A stretch of 64,000 nt of DNA from Candidatus Roizmanbacteria bacterium (GCA_013335175.1 JAAXWC010000004.1:40999-104998); one strand, 5' to 3'. Positions 37,610 through 46,911 are shown, counted from the stretch's first letter. Notes: generated by a model not told the origin, from the letters alone. Numbers and translations are program-made.

Positions 37610-38308
37610 TTATTCAGTTTTCTGACTATAAACACCTCGAAAGTTTGAAATTAACGGTATTAATCCAAATAGTTCACCCCGATTATTTAATCCTATCGCT
37701 TCTATAAATTGAAAAACATTTCCAGCATCATTGCGACCATCTATTCTCTGCGCATGTAAAAATGCGGTAACATCAGCTTCATCCCTAATATGAGTCTTTA
37801 ATTGATTTGCTACCAGTCCATAGAGAAAAAGAATTTCATGGCTATATCCATCAAGTTTCCCTTCATCTACATCTTCTCCTCTCACTGAAATCATAGAATT
37901 AATTGTTGTTAATAATTCTCTATTATTGAGATGAGCAATGTACTCTTCAATATTATTAAGCTGCCTTATCAGCTTTCCATCTTTTTCAGTTGTTGCCATA
38001 ATTGGATTTTCTAAAGATATTGTTTGATAATCTCCAGCAAACATATACACTGACAACATCCACATACCATATCTATAAGCCTGTTCATAATCTTGATATC
38101 TCATGGCTGAGAGCATACTGTTCATCGACTTAGAAAAGGCCATCTCCGCAGATTCCTGAGACATTATATGATTTATTATTCGTTCTAAAACTACCGCCGA
38201 ATGCTCATTAGGAAGCATATACTTGAAATTTGTGACAAAAGGAGGTTCTCCATCAACTGAATGGTCTTTTTTACCGCCAAACAATTCTCGAAAATTTACC
38301 ATGAGCAC
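37610..38308 (-). CDS. hypothetical protein
   Basis: 232-aa ORF, soluble, probably helical, with no recognisable motif. Lies beside tRNA-Thr. Confidence 0.45.
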   Translation of the reverse strand: MLMVNFRELFGGKKDHSVDGEPPFVTNFKYMLPNEHSAVVLERIINHIMSQESAEMAFSKSMNSMLSAMRYQDYEQAYRYGMWMLSVYMFAGDYQTISLENPIMATTEKDGKLIRQLNNIEEYIAHLNNRELLTTINSMISVRGEDVDEGKLDGYSHEILFLYGLVANQLKTHIRDEADVTAFLHAQRIDGRNDAGNVFQFIEAIGLNNRGELFGLIPLISNFRGVYSQKTE

Positions 38309-38361
38309 ATGGTAATAGACGAGTATAAATCTGTCAATAGTAAGTATAAAGTTATTAAAAT

Positions 38362-38943
38362 TTAGGTAGTACTTGTTACAATGTGATAGCTTACAATCGC
38401 AGTAGAAACGATAACGTTTAACGACTTATTTATCCCCCACATGGGAATTTCAACAATCTGATCTACTTTTTGCAACGTTTCCGGAAGCACTCCATAGGTT
38501 TCATTTCCCATAAGGAGCGCAACGGGAAACTGATACGCTTCCTTTGTATACTCCACTGAGGTTGTATCCTGTTCAACGGCATAGACTCGAACACCCTGTT
38601 GCTGGACTTCTACAATTGCCTCTTCTGCCGTTTTTTTGTACTCCCACGGGACAACCTTATAGGTGCCAATCGAGGCCTTTTTGATCCGCGGATTTGGAGG
38701 AATTTCCGTCTCACCACATAAATATATTTTCTTTACTTTTAAGGCATCTGCCAAACGAAATATGCCTCCAATATTGTAGGTATCGTATATATTTTCCAGA
38801 ATAAAATAGAGTGGATTTCTCTCCTGTTCAAGAAATTCCTTATCTATTTCCTCTTCAGGAATCTCTCGCAGTTCCCGTGCATTTAATTTCATCTCTCTAT
38901 TATACCTTACATAATTGTTACTAAGTTTTTGCAGAGAATCCAT
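38362..38943 (-). CDS. TrmH/SpoU family RNA 2'-O-methyltransferase
   Basis: SpoU motifs NIGGIFRLA, LLMGNETYGV and IPMWGINKSLNV. Confidence 0.85.
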   Translation of the reverse strand: MDSLQKLSNNYVRYNREMKLNARELREIPEEEIDKEFLEQERNPLYFILENIYDTYNIGGIFRLADALKVKKIYLCGETEIPPNPRIKKASIGTYKVVPWEYKKTAEEAIVEVQQQGVRVYAVEQDTTSVEYTKEAYQFPVALLMGNETYGVLPETLQKVDQIVEIPMWGINKSLNVIVSTAIVSYHIVTSTT

Positions 38944-39038
38944 GAATGGTTGGTATTTTCTAGAGAAAGATTATGAATTAATAATTAAATATGACCTATA
39001 GTTGACAGCCAGTCTATCCTGTAGTATAATACGCACAT

Positions 39039-39713
39039 ATGAAACTGAACAGTATGGCTACCGCAATCGCTTTTGGAGCCTTATTCTTTCTCATCTCCGC
39101 AAAAACAACATTTGCTCAGTACGGGTGTACTGGCCAATATGGTCAATATGGAGGTTGCACTCCTTCTCAATCGCTTGTGGTAGATAAAACTGTCGGAAAA
39201 CCAGTACAAGATAAGGGGGGAACAACCCTTACCTATGTAGACAATCTTACTTCTTCCGATGTTCATTTTTTTGCGAAAGATTCGGTCTATTTTCAGATTA
39301 AAGTAAAAAATACCTCAACCACAGTTGCACCAAATGTAATCTTAAAAGACACTCTTCCTTCTTATCTCTCCCCTGCTTCGTATCCTGGGACCTACGATAC
39401 AACCAATAACGTTATCACGATCTCTGTAGGAGATTTACAAGTAAACGAAGAAAAAACCTACACCTTTCGAATGGTTGTCGCGCCACAAGAAAAACTTCCT
39501 GCAAATCAGGGTATTATCTGTCTGACCAATAAGGCAGAAGCCTATTCGGGAAATATTTCTGATAATGATTCTTCACAGTTTTGTATTGAAAAACAGGTGT
39601 CAAGCGGTATTCAAACCGTACCTGCTACTGGTCCGGAAATGGGAATAGTTATCCTTGCGGGAGAATTCGCCGCATTGGCTGGTGGAATTGCTCTCAAAAA
39701 GAAACTCGGCTGA
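39039..39713 (+). CDS. secreted DUF11-like repeat-domain surface protein with sortase-type C-terminal sorting signal
   Basis: Signal peptide ending TFAQ. DUF11-like beta domain (FQIKVKNTSTTVAPNVILKDTLPSYL). C-terminus is VPATG, a hydrophobic helix, then KKKLG, resembling an LPXTG signal. Confidence 0.65.
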   Translation: MKLNSMATAIAFGALFFLISAKTTFAQYGCTGQYGQYGGCTPSQSLVVDKTVGKPVQDKGGTTLTYVDNLTSSDVHFFAKDSVYFQIKVKNTSTTVAPNVILKDTLPSYLSPASYPGTYDTTNNVITISVGDLQVNEEKTYTFRMVVAPQEKLPANQGIICLTNKAEAYSGNISDNDSSQFCIEKQVSSGIQTVPATGPEMGIVILAGEFAALAGGIALKKKLG

Positions 39714-39926
39714 TTCCTACTTCATTATTACTGTCCTTTCACGATTCATTCTAATTTGTTATGAGAAACTTTCCTGTTCTTATCTAAAATACTGTGCAAT
39801 AGCCGTACAGATGTTTTCCCTTTTAAAAAGAACACGTGCATTATGAGTGTGGTTTTATTTTGCGTTAAACCTATGCACTGCAATGCACTTTGAAAGTTTA
39901 AGGAAAAGAAAAAAGGAGGTTTCCGT

Positions 39927-40907
39927 ATGAAGAAACCAGTCTTGATCATCATCATCGCGGCATGTATCTGGCTTATGTTTGCTATTACAGTCGTAGTACT
40001 TAATTCTGCGCCCGTGCCACAAACCAAGGCACAGGTGATCGAAGAAACACCCGTCGTTGCTACGATAGCGGTTAGCGCTACCGGAGATGAAGTTACTATT
40101 GAGGTAACTCAGGAGATAACTTCCAATAACTCCTCTACAGTTTCTATTACAGAAGAGGTAACAGAGAACCCCACAACAGAAGCACCCGTTACTACAGATA
40201 TCCCAACTACCGAACCGCCAACACCAGACATTCTCACCACAGTTGCAGAAACTACTGCAGCAGATCCAATTGTAAGGAGTCTCAATTTACTTGGATTCAA
40301 TTCAGCAGAAGACTTATTTACCTATTTTAATATGTTTGTAATGTCCCCAAACGATATTCAAGCATGTCCTGGTGAACCCGATGCGTGTGTAAGGATAGTC
40401 CGTCCGGACAATCCATTTACAATGACAAATGTAACTTTGACTACGTTTGATGGCCAAAGCTGTCAAGCAAACTCTTCTGGGATTATTCCCGGCGGGCCAT
40501 TTTGTGTCTATGGAGTAACAATACGACCGTTTCTAAAACCGGCCGGTTCAGATCCACAGACATCTATGATAACAACCGTTTTTGCAGCCGAAACAACACC
40601 AACACTACCACCCACAACCCCGACGCTGACCGCACCAATACCAGAGACTACCCCAACTGTTGCACCCCCGTGGGCACAAGCAGACGCCTTATCATTTTTT
40701 GGTATCACCGAAGCCGTTACGGTAACCAGCTGTCCCGGAGAACAGCGTTGTTTTTCCGTTATAAAAAGAGATACATCCGGGATAATTACCCCGTTCCACA
40801 TCATCAATCCCACAGATAAGTGGATTGATGGCCAACTATCTAATGGCAATACGGGCATTCCCCCCCAGTACAACGGACTTGTTCTTGGAGCGACACTGCG
40901 TCCTTAA
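39927..40907 (+). CDS. membrane-anchored Thr/Pro-rich protein carrying two copies of a novel Cys-containing domain
   Basis: Strong RBS AAGGAGG. N-terminal TM helix, T/P/E-rich linkers, then two related domains (CPGEPDACVRIVRPDNPFTMTN...TFDG and CPGEQRCFSVIKRD...PFHIINPT...DG). Confidence 0.7.
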   Translation: MKKPVLIIIIAACIWLMFAITVVVLNSAPVPQTKAQVIEETPVVATIAVSATGDEVTIEVTQEITSNNSSTVSITEEVTENPTTEAPVTTDIPTTEPPTPDILTTVAETTAADPIVRSLNLLGFNSAEDLFTYFNMFVMSPNDIQACPGEPDACVRIVRPDNPFTMTNVTLTTFDGQSCQANSSGIIPGGPFCVYGVTIRPFLKPAGSDPQTSMITTVFAAETTPTLPPTTPTLTAPIPETTPTVAPPWAQADALSFFGITEAVTVTSCPGEQRCFSVIKRDTSGIITPFHIINPTDKWIDGQLSNGNTGIPPQYNGLVLGATLRP

Positions 40908-41163
40908 CTTTTCTTATCCTAAACCAACACGAGGTGTTGAAGACCTTTTATACCTTCATGCATAGTTCTTCAGCACCTTTTTTGTATCCTATCATTTCCT
41001 ACCTATTTGTTACCTTCTTTTCACACTCTTGCATGAGGTCGTATGAGATAAAGAGGTGTTTTACATTTCATTCATGCATTAGCCGCGTGAAAGAGAAATG
41101 CCGCACTTTTACACATCGGTTTAGGAAAGAGGTTCATAGCCTCGATTTGAGAGTGAATACGAA

Positions 41164-41252
41164 CGTCACTCCCGCTTGTCGGGAGTCATTGTGAAGAGAT
41201 ACGGGCAAAACCGAACAATAACAACGATTCCGGACAAGCCGGAATGACAATA
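41164..41252. repeat. two palindromic hairpin units
   Basis: GTCACTCCCGcttgtCGGGAGTCAT and AACAACGATTCCGGacaaGCCGGAATGAC. Confidence 0.85.
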
Positions 41253-41314
41253 CTATTCTCCCCAGATCGAGGTTATGCAACCTTAATATATTATTAAGAA
41301 AAGGAGAATATAAC

Positions 41315-41686
41315 GTGACAGAAAAAAAAGAAACTCCAGATCTTATTGCTCAAGAGGAACGAACAGAAGTCGAAGAGGCTCTGTTAACCATTGCCAGAGA
41401 GCTCACTGCTCTCAAAAAACAAACCAAGGATCAAGTACAGGGCTTACAAGCACAAATAGAAGCTCTACAAACAAAAAACGCCCAACTCGAGAGCCAACTC
41501 AAAAAACATGAAACAGCTATTTACAAAGAGTATCAGCCGGTAAAATTTCCTCCCAAAGAGGAAATAAAACCCATTATGCCACAACAAGCACAACCTTCTC
41601 AAAAAAAGAGAACCTTTATGAGTGATTTCATGAGTGCGTTAAAAGGAGAAAAAAATGGCGGTATTGATTCCTCCCGCACGCCCTAG
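41315..41686 (+). CDS. coiled-coil protein
   Basis: GTG start preceded by AAGGAGA. Heptad-like Q/L/E/K-rich sequence. 32-nt overlap with the next gene. Confidence 0.5.
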   Translation: MTEKKETPDLIAQEERTEVEEALLTIARELTALKKQTKDQVQGLQAQIEALQTKNAQLESQLKKHETAIYKEYQPVKFPPKEEIKPIMPQQAQPSQKKRTFMSDFMSALKGEKNGGIDSSRTP

Positions 41687-42302
41687 TTTGGGAACTCGCC
41701 TCGGGCGTTTTATCAGAAATTTCTGGTATCTGATTGTACTTGCAGGTTTAGTCCTACTAATCGTCGTAATACTTATCATAAACGCTGTTTCAGGCGCGAA
41801 TGAGCAACAAGCGCAGGAACAGGCACAGCATGGAGCAACATTGACAGCCGGTTTGGCGCGAATTCAAACAAATCAAGCCTCGGTCTCGCTCCGTCCCACA
41901 AACGAACTAACTCCAACAACGGCACTACAAACCGTTGCAGGGGAATCTGCTGTTCCTAGTACGCCTACACTCGTCCCAACCATCGCACCAACCACGCAAG
42001 TCGTCAGTTCTCACTCTGACCCCGTCCTCATTGCCCTTTCTCGAATAGGTTTTTCATCACGCGAAGAGTTTATTCGCTATTTTCAGATGGATGTTCAGCC
42101 ATTCGAAATCGCAACCTGTCCAGAAGAGGATAACTGTGTGCGAGTCCTGAGAGAAAAGGATTCAGCAAACAGAATTCTCCCTTTCCACATGACAAACCCC
42201 ACCTCAGTCACATTTGACGGATGGCGTACCGGATCACAACCAAAAGTTCCACCCGGATCTTGGGAAGTCGAAGGTGTCACAATTCGGAACTTTGGGAAAT
42301 AA
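41655..42302 (+). CDS. membrane-anchored protein with one copy of the same novel Cys-containing domain
   Basis: RBS AAGGAGA. TM helix LIVLAGLVLLIVVILII. C-terminal domain IGFSSREEFIRYFQMDVQPFEIATCPEEDNCVRVLRE...PFHMTNPTSVTFDGW...GVTIRNF is paralogous to the domains in 39927..40907. Confidence 0.7.
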   Translation: MAVLIPPARPSLGTRLGRFIRNFWYLIVLAGLVLLIVVILIINAVSGANEQQAQEQAQHGATLTAGLARIQTNQASVSLRPTNELTPTTALQTVAGESAVPSTPTLVPTIAPTTQVVSSHSDPVLIALSRIGFSSREEFIRYFQMDVQPFEIATCPEEDNCVRVLREKDSANRILPFHMTNPTSVTFDGWRTGSQPKVPPGSWEVEGVTIRNFGK

Positions 42303-42410
42303 GTTTTTCCTAAACCGCGCAAGTGGTGTCCAAGCTGTTACTCAGAGGTAACCCTCTATAAAAAAGTGACTTCTTGACACCCTTCATTTTGTTTGTAATG
42401 AGATGCCACT

Positions 42411-42682
42411 ATAACAACGATTCCCGGCAAACCGGAATAACTCTACTCCCGTCATCCCCCTGAACAGATGGCTCAAGGAGTAAGTTCTTCACTGGATTCC
42501 TGTCGTCGCCTCCTGCGAGATCCCGCCAACGGCGGTGACGCTCTTAGGAATGACGAAAAAATGGGTGTCTGAGCTTAGGGCTCCCACACACCGCGTCAAA
42601 CGCGGCTTCGCGCGCAGAACTGGCGCTATGCCAGTCGAGCATGGGTGGGAAAAAGCGAATGACAGGCCTCCATTTTTTGAAC
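42411..42682. repeat. palindromic-repeat cluster with variant-B composite element (42556..42682)
   Basis: AACAACGATTCCCGG unit and GTCATCCCCC unit. GGGTGTCTGAGCTTAGGGCTCCC...GCTATGCCAGTCGAGCATGGGTGGGAAAAAGCGAATGACAGGCC recurs at 53074..53190. Confidence 0.9.
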
Positions 42683-42718
42683 CTGCTATTCAGTGATATT
42701 GTGAACAGAGTGAAGACT

Positions 42719-43522
42719 ATGAAAACATTAACGCTCATTATTCCCGTCTACAACGAAGGAGAACGTATCACGAATACGTTGCAAACTCTGGAAAAAGGGT
42801 TCTCGTTTCGTGGGCTCAAGCTCACCAAACTTATCTTTTTTAATGACGGTTCTACCGACAGTACTCTTTCGCTTCTGTACTCTTTTCGGAAAAAATTAGA
42901 AAAAATATTGAGGATTCCTATACAGATCGTGAGTTCACCCGATAATAGAGGTAGGGGCTTTGCAGTAATCCATAGCGCATTTCTCGCTGATACCGAATAC
43001 GTGCTGTATACCGACGCAGATTTTTCAATCCCGCTCTCAAATTTGTACACCTGCCTTCCGTCTGTACGCAACAACGTAGATCTTATTTTTGGCAGTAAAA
43101 AAATGCCGGGCGCAAAAGAATGTATCCCTCGCACATTGTTGCGAAAAATAGTAGGGTATGGTCATTCTTTGGTTGCTTCTGTGGTGTTTGGTATGTTCAT
43201 TTGGGACTTCCAAGGAGGGTTTAAACTGTTTTCGCGAAAATTCATTCAGGAACTCTTTCCCCTGTTGAAAATCGATCGATGGGGGTTCGACATGGAAGTA
43301 ATCTTTCTGGCGAAAAAATATAAGTTTTCTCATCAAGAGATTCCCGTTACCTGGAGCCATGTCGAAAACGGAAGCAAAGTAAAACTGCTCCGCGATAGCC
43401 TTCGGAGCCTTCAGGAAATGGCACGGATAACGTATGGTTGGCATACAGGAATGTACGCTCTCGACTCTTCTCATAAAAATCGCGCTTCTACATTAGTATC
43501 TCTTCTCAAACTCTATGAATAA
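42719..43522 (+). CDS. family 2 glycosyltransferase (polyprenyl-phosphate sugar transferase-like)
   Basis: IIPVYNEGERI, FNDGSTD and DADFS (DxD) motifs. Start set at MKTLTL (42719). The ORF-track extension is repeat DNA. Confidence 0.8.
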   Translation: MKTLTLIIPVYNEGERITNTLQTLEKGFSFRGLKLTKLIFFNDGSTDSTLSLLYSFRKKLEKILRIPIQIVSSPDNRGRGFAVIHSAFLADTEYVLYTDADFSIPLSNLYTCLPSVRNNVDLIFGSKKMPGAKECIPRTLLRKIVGYGHSLVASVVFGMFIWDFQGGFKLFSRKFIQELFPLLKIDRWGFDMEVIFLAKKYKFSHQEIPVTWSHVENGSKVKLLRDSLRSLQEMARITYGWHTGMYALDSSHKNRASTLVSLLKLYE

Positions 43523-44720
43523 ACTTATCTATATTTCACCCTTTCCCCCTTCGCATTCTTACTCTCATAAAAATAGTGCTCTTGCATCGTTTTCATTTCA
43601 TCTGCTTTCGAATATCCAACACAAAAAGATTACGGTTCTTGCAGATGCAGGAGAACACCCAGAAGTCTCCGATCAGTTTTCACCCGATATTACCCTAGAT
43701 CGCTGCTGGAAACGCAACCATCCGTTTGTATTTATCCAGCTTCTTTTACGCATTCGTACCGAAAAAAGTTCTCAGGTTTTGGTTCAGTATGAGTGGAATG
43801 TGTTTGGATCTGGGTTGTGGTATCTTATCCAGTTTCCTGTGTTTCTCTGGGCACTTAAATGTATGAAAAAACGGGTAACGGTTGTTCTCCATGGAGTTCT
43901 TCTTAATTTTGCGCCACTCTCCCCGACTTTTATAGGGCTCTACTTATTAAATGGAATGGCTCAACTATTTTATAAAGCTGTATCGTATCAGTCAGATCGG
44001 GTAATTGTCCTCGAGGAAAAACTCAAGTCCGACCTTGTTCGTATCGGAATTCCTTCGAAAAAGGTGGGTTGGATCCCCCATGGGGTAGACACAGAGCTTC
44101 GTTCGATCGAAAAACAGTATGCACGAGAACTTTTAAACATACCGCGTGACTGCTTTTTGTTTGTCTATTTTGGATTTATTGCAGATTACAAAGCCCCAGA
44201 TATCCTTCTTAATCAATTTAGAACTCTTATTGATCAGGAAGAAATTTACCTCTATTTTGTAGGTGGCAAACGATTTCATAAAAAACACGACCTCTATTAC
44301 GAACGATTCATGAATCAGCTTGCCACCTGCACCGATCGTATCCACTTCACTGGCTATGTTTCCAAAGAACAGATTGAACTCTATCTTTCTGCCTGCGATG
44401 TAATGGTTTTTCCCCATCGCACCCTCCTTTCTTCTTCGGGCCCGCTCTCACTGGCTTATACCTTTGAAAAACCAATTCTGCTGTCGAATCAGCTAAAAGG
44501 GTATTTGGAGAGCCCCGACTTTCAAAAAGCACTACTTCATACTAAACTCAACGAGGAGTATTTGTTCTACGACTTTACGAAAAATCATTTAAAAGAAAAA
44601 ATCTATGAGGTATACCAAAATATGCAAAAACTACAGGACTTTTCCCTAGCTATGAAGCAGGCGCGAGCCTGGCCCCGTGTGGCGAAAATGTATGAGAAAA
44701 CACTGAGACCTGGTGAGTGA
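43515..44720 (+). CDS. GT-B glycosyltransferase (family 4/1-like)
   Basis: C-terminal GT1/4-type region FTGYVSKEQIELYLSACDVMVFPH...SSSGPLSLAYTFEKPIL. Paralogous to 50164..51474. Confidence 0.65.
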   Translation: MNKLIYISPFPPSHSYSHKNSALASFSFHLLSNIQHKKITVLADAGEHPEVSDQFSPDITLDRCWKRNHPFVFIQLLLRIRTEKSSQVLVQYEWNVFGSGLWYLIQFPVFLWALKCMKKRVTVVLHGVLLNFAPLSPTFIGLYLLNGMAQLFYKAVSYQSDRVIVLEEKLKSDLVRIGIPSKKVGWIPHGVDTELRSIEKQYARELLNIPRDCFLFVYFGFIADYKAPDILLNQFRTLIDQEEIYLYFVGGKRFHKKHDLYYERFMNQLATCTDRIHFTGYVSKEQIELYLSACDVMVFPHRTLLSSSGPLSLAYTFEKPILLSNQLKGYLESPDFQKALLHTKLNEEYLFYDFTKNHLKEKIYEVYQNMQKLQDFSLAMKQARAWPRVAKMYEKTLRPGE

Positions 44721-44723
44721 TAA

Positions 44724-45033
44724 CGTCATCCCCGACCTGCCTGCCCATCGAAGCCCTGGCGAAGTTGGGATCGGGGATCTATGTATTGTTTTATTGAATA
44801 GATTCCGGCATGTACGCCATGGTGGCGACAGCCATGCGGCATCGCAGGGTATGCCAGGGACCCGGACGTCACCCCTGCGAACGCAGGGGTCCAGAGGATC
44901 GATTACTACTGGAGTGATCGGTAATGCTGAAAAAGCAAGATACGATGTAATTAGTCCACTGGATTCCCCTGTTCAGGGGAATGACGAACATTGGTCATTC
45001 CGGCTTGCCCGGAATCGTTGTTAATGGAATTTG
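44724..45033. repeat. mosaic palindromic-repeat cluster
   Basis: Units GTCACCCCTGCgaacGCAGGGGTCCAG, GGATTCCCCTGttCAGGGGAATGAC and GTCATTCCGGcttgCCCGGAATCGTTGTT, plus a longer unit shared in inverted form with 45950..46050. Confidence 0.9.
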
Positions 45034-45089
45034 TTGGTTCAGTGACTTCGGCCCTAATTTGCAATGATAAAAATATATTTTCGTTCACA

Positions 45090-45416
45090 TTATTTATACA
45101 CCTTCTTTTTTTTATTATAGGAAGTTTTCTTTGTACCATATGCACTCTTTTTCTGTTCATCTTTCACTCTGTCGGCAATATATATTTTCATGAGTGATTG
45201 GTACGGAACATTCATCTTCCGCGCTTCAGATTTTATATCTTCCAATAAAGAAACGGGTAATCGAATACTAATTGTCTCCGTACTGAGTTTAAGGTTGGGA
45301 AATTCCATATGTACTGGCTTCCGTACATCGAAATACTCTGTAGTATTATGAGTTGCCCAAAACTCCCGTTCCTCACCTTCATTTTTGAACTTTGGTATTA
45401 CGTTTTTATTTTTCAT
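45090..45416 (-). CDS. CopG/RHH-type antitoxin (BrnA-like), no adjacent toxin gene
   Basis: EEREFWATHNTTEYFD...ISIRLPVSLLEDIKSEARKMNVPYQSLMKIYIADRV is typical of this antitoxin family. Start set at MKNKNV (45416). Confidence 0.65.
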   Translation of the reverse strand: MKNKNVIPKFKNEGEEREFWATHNTTEYFDVRKPVHMEFPNLKLSTETISIRLPVSLLEDIKSEARKMNVPYQSLMKIYIADRVKDEQKKSAYGTKKTSYNKKKKVYK

Positions 45417-45422
45417 TTGTAT

Positions 45423-45431
45423 ATTATGGCA
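45423..45431 (-). promoter_or_regulatory. extended -10 element (TGCCATAAT) 6 nt upstream of the antitoxin ATG
   Basis: The minus strand reads TTGACA-20 nt-CATAAT-atacaa-ATG with no Shine-Dalgarno, a leaderless-type arrangement. Confidence 0.4.
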
Positions 45432-45465
45432 ATATACAAAGTTACGATTGTCAAGAGCCACGTAA

Positions 45466-46070
45466 GTAATTATTCAGAAGTTTCCAAAGGCAGGCCATAG
45501 TTGTATTTTCTGTCATCCCCGACCTCTCTCCCGTCATCCCCGACCTCTCTCCCGTCATCCCCGCGAAGGCGGGGATCCAGTGGATCAATACTCTCTCCTT
45601 CAAAAAGAATGGCGGCCTGTCGCTCGTCTTTCCCACGCACTTGACTTCGAGCATCACACCATCGTCAAAAGTGCGTGAGACCCCTGACTCGTGCCACCCA
45701 TTCTTTTTTTTGGTTTGTTTGTCACTCCCGCTTGCCGGGAGTCGTTGTTACAGGTTAACATTGTCATTCTGGACTGAGGAGCCTGCCCCGAATTACGGGG
45801 CTCAAGGTTGTTATTCCGGCTCTCTCGTCATTCCCTCGAAGGAGGGAATCCATGGGAGGAGTCTGATGCAAGGGTCGGGATGGATCCCCGCCTACGCGAG
45901 GATGACGATGCAACGTCATTCCGGACAGCGAATGGAGTGAGCGTGATCCGGAATCTATACAATTCAACAATACATGGATCCCGGGTCCCTGGCATGCCCT
46001 GCGATGCCGCATGGCTGTCGCCGCCATGGCGTGCAAGCCCGGGATGACGTACATTAGTGAGGGATGACGG
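45466..46070. repeat. densest mosaic repeat cluster: 45-bp IR arm, 21-nt tandem half-units, inverted composite element, many hairpin units
   Basis: 45466..45510 is the exact reverse complement of 47777..47821. GTCATCCCCGACCTCTCTCCC occurs twice in tandem (45512..45553). The composite element lies inverted at 45597..45708. Units GTCACTCCCGcttgCCGGGAGTCGTTGTT and GTCATTCCCTCgaagGAGGGAATCC are also present. Confidence 0.9.
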
Positions 46071-46162
46071 CGAAACTCGAGACCAATAACGATTTTGTTC
46101 TCTTCTAAATAATTACAATTATTACTCTCGTATTTAGTAATACTTTATGTATAATTACTACT

Positions 46163-46423
46163 ATGCAAACAAGTTCATATACTCGAACCATTACCGTAAA
46201 GGGCCAGGTAACTATCCCCTTGGTTATTCGTCAAAAGTTAAAGATTAAACCTCAGGATAAAGTTGTATTTATTATCAATAAAGATACTGTTGAATTACAA
46301 CCTCCGAAACACACCCTCGATTCCCTGTTTACCCAGGCAAAACAGAGAAAAAGCAATAAGAAATATTCTGATAAAGAAATGATCGAGATAGCAAAACAGG
46401 AATTCATTTCTCAAAAAAAATAG
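46163..46423 (+). CDS. vapB: AbrB/MazE/SpoVT-family antitoxin (VapB-like)
   Basis: SpoVT/AbrB-like swapped-hairpin motif TITVKGQVTIPLVIRQKLKIKPQDKV. Located directly upstream of the PIN gene. Confidence 0.75.
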   Translation: MQTSSYTRTITVKGQVTIPLVIRQKLKIKPQDKVVFIINKDTVELQPPKHTLDSLFTQAKQRKSNKKYSDKEMIEIAKQEFISQKK

Positions 46424-46429
46424 CATCGT

Positions 46430-46840
46430 ATGTATTACCTTGATACCAATATATTTGTTCGAGCTCTCACGGGTGATGACGAAAAAAAGATGAAGCATTG
46501 TCAAGATTTGTTTCAAAAAATAGCTCAAAAAAAAGTAATAGCCACAACTTCAGAAACCGTTATCGCCGAGGTGGTGTATGTACTTTCCTCGAAAGTATTA
46601 AACTATGGATTCTCACGCAAAGAGATACGTGACCAGCTTGAAACACTGCTCATGCTGAACGGTTTCCGTTTTTCTCAAAAAGAAATGGTTATTCAAGCGT
46701 TGTATCTTTATGCAGAAAAAAACATTGATTTTTCCGATGCACTTCTTGCTCAGTATGCAATAAATTCTGAAGCAAACGGCGTGTACTCCTATAATACAGA
46801 CTTTGATAAAATACCTTCAGTAAAACGCAAAGTGCCATAA
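46430..46840 (+). CDS. vapC: PIN-domain ribonuclease toxin (VapC-like)
   Basis: N-terminal YYLDTNIFVR (first acidic PIN residue). 136 aa. Further acidic residues (SETVIAEV, DFSDALL, NTDFD). Confidence 0.8.
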   Translation: MYYLDTNIFVRALTGDDEKKMKHCQDLFQKIAQKKVIATTSETVIAEVVYVLSSKVLNYGFSRKEIRDQLETLLMLNGFRFSQKEMVIQALYLYAEKNIDFSDALLAQYAINSEANGVYSYNTDFDKIPSVKRKVP

Positions 46841-46911
46841 AAGAATCCCCGTTGTAGCATATAGTCCGTTGACTCCCCCACACTACAATCAAAAACAACG
46901 TCATCCTCGCG

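Noticed and set aside
29909-38308. Prophage or integrative element at tRNA-Leu or tRNA-Thr.
   Set aside because: There is no integrase, recombinase or phage structural gene in the vicinity. I found no duplicated tRNA 3' segment. The genes between the two tRNAs include dnaB and other housekeeping genes.
44713-46054. ORFs 44713..45024, 44951..45160, 45451..45657, 45641..45940, 45764..46054 and 45808..46047. Similar ORFs occur at 23774..23956, 29188..29478, 35726..36064, 47578..47817, 48379..48699, 58138..58356 and 61424..61753.
   Set aside because: They are translations of palindromic repeat clusters, giving peptides such as IPAFAGMT, VIPAKAGI and GRPPFFLK. They overlap each other on both strands and lack RBSs. 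The same peptides appear wherever the repeats occur.
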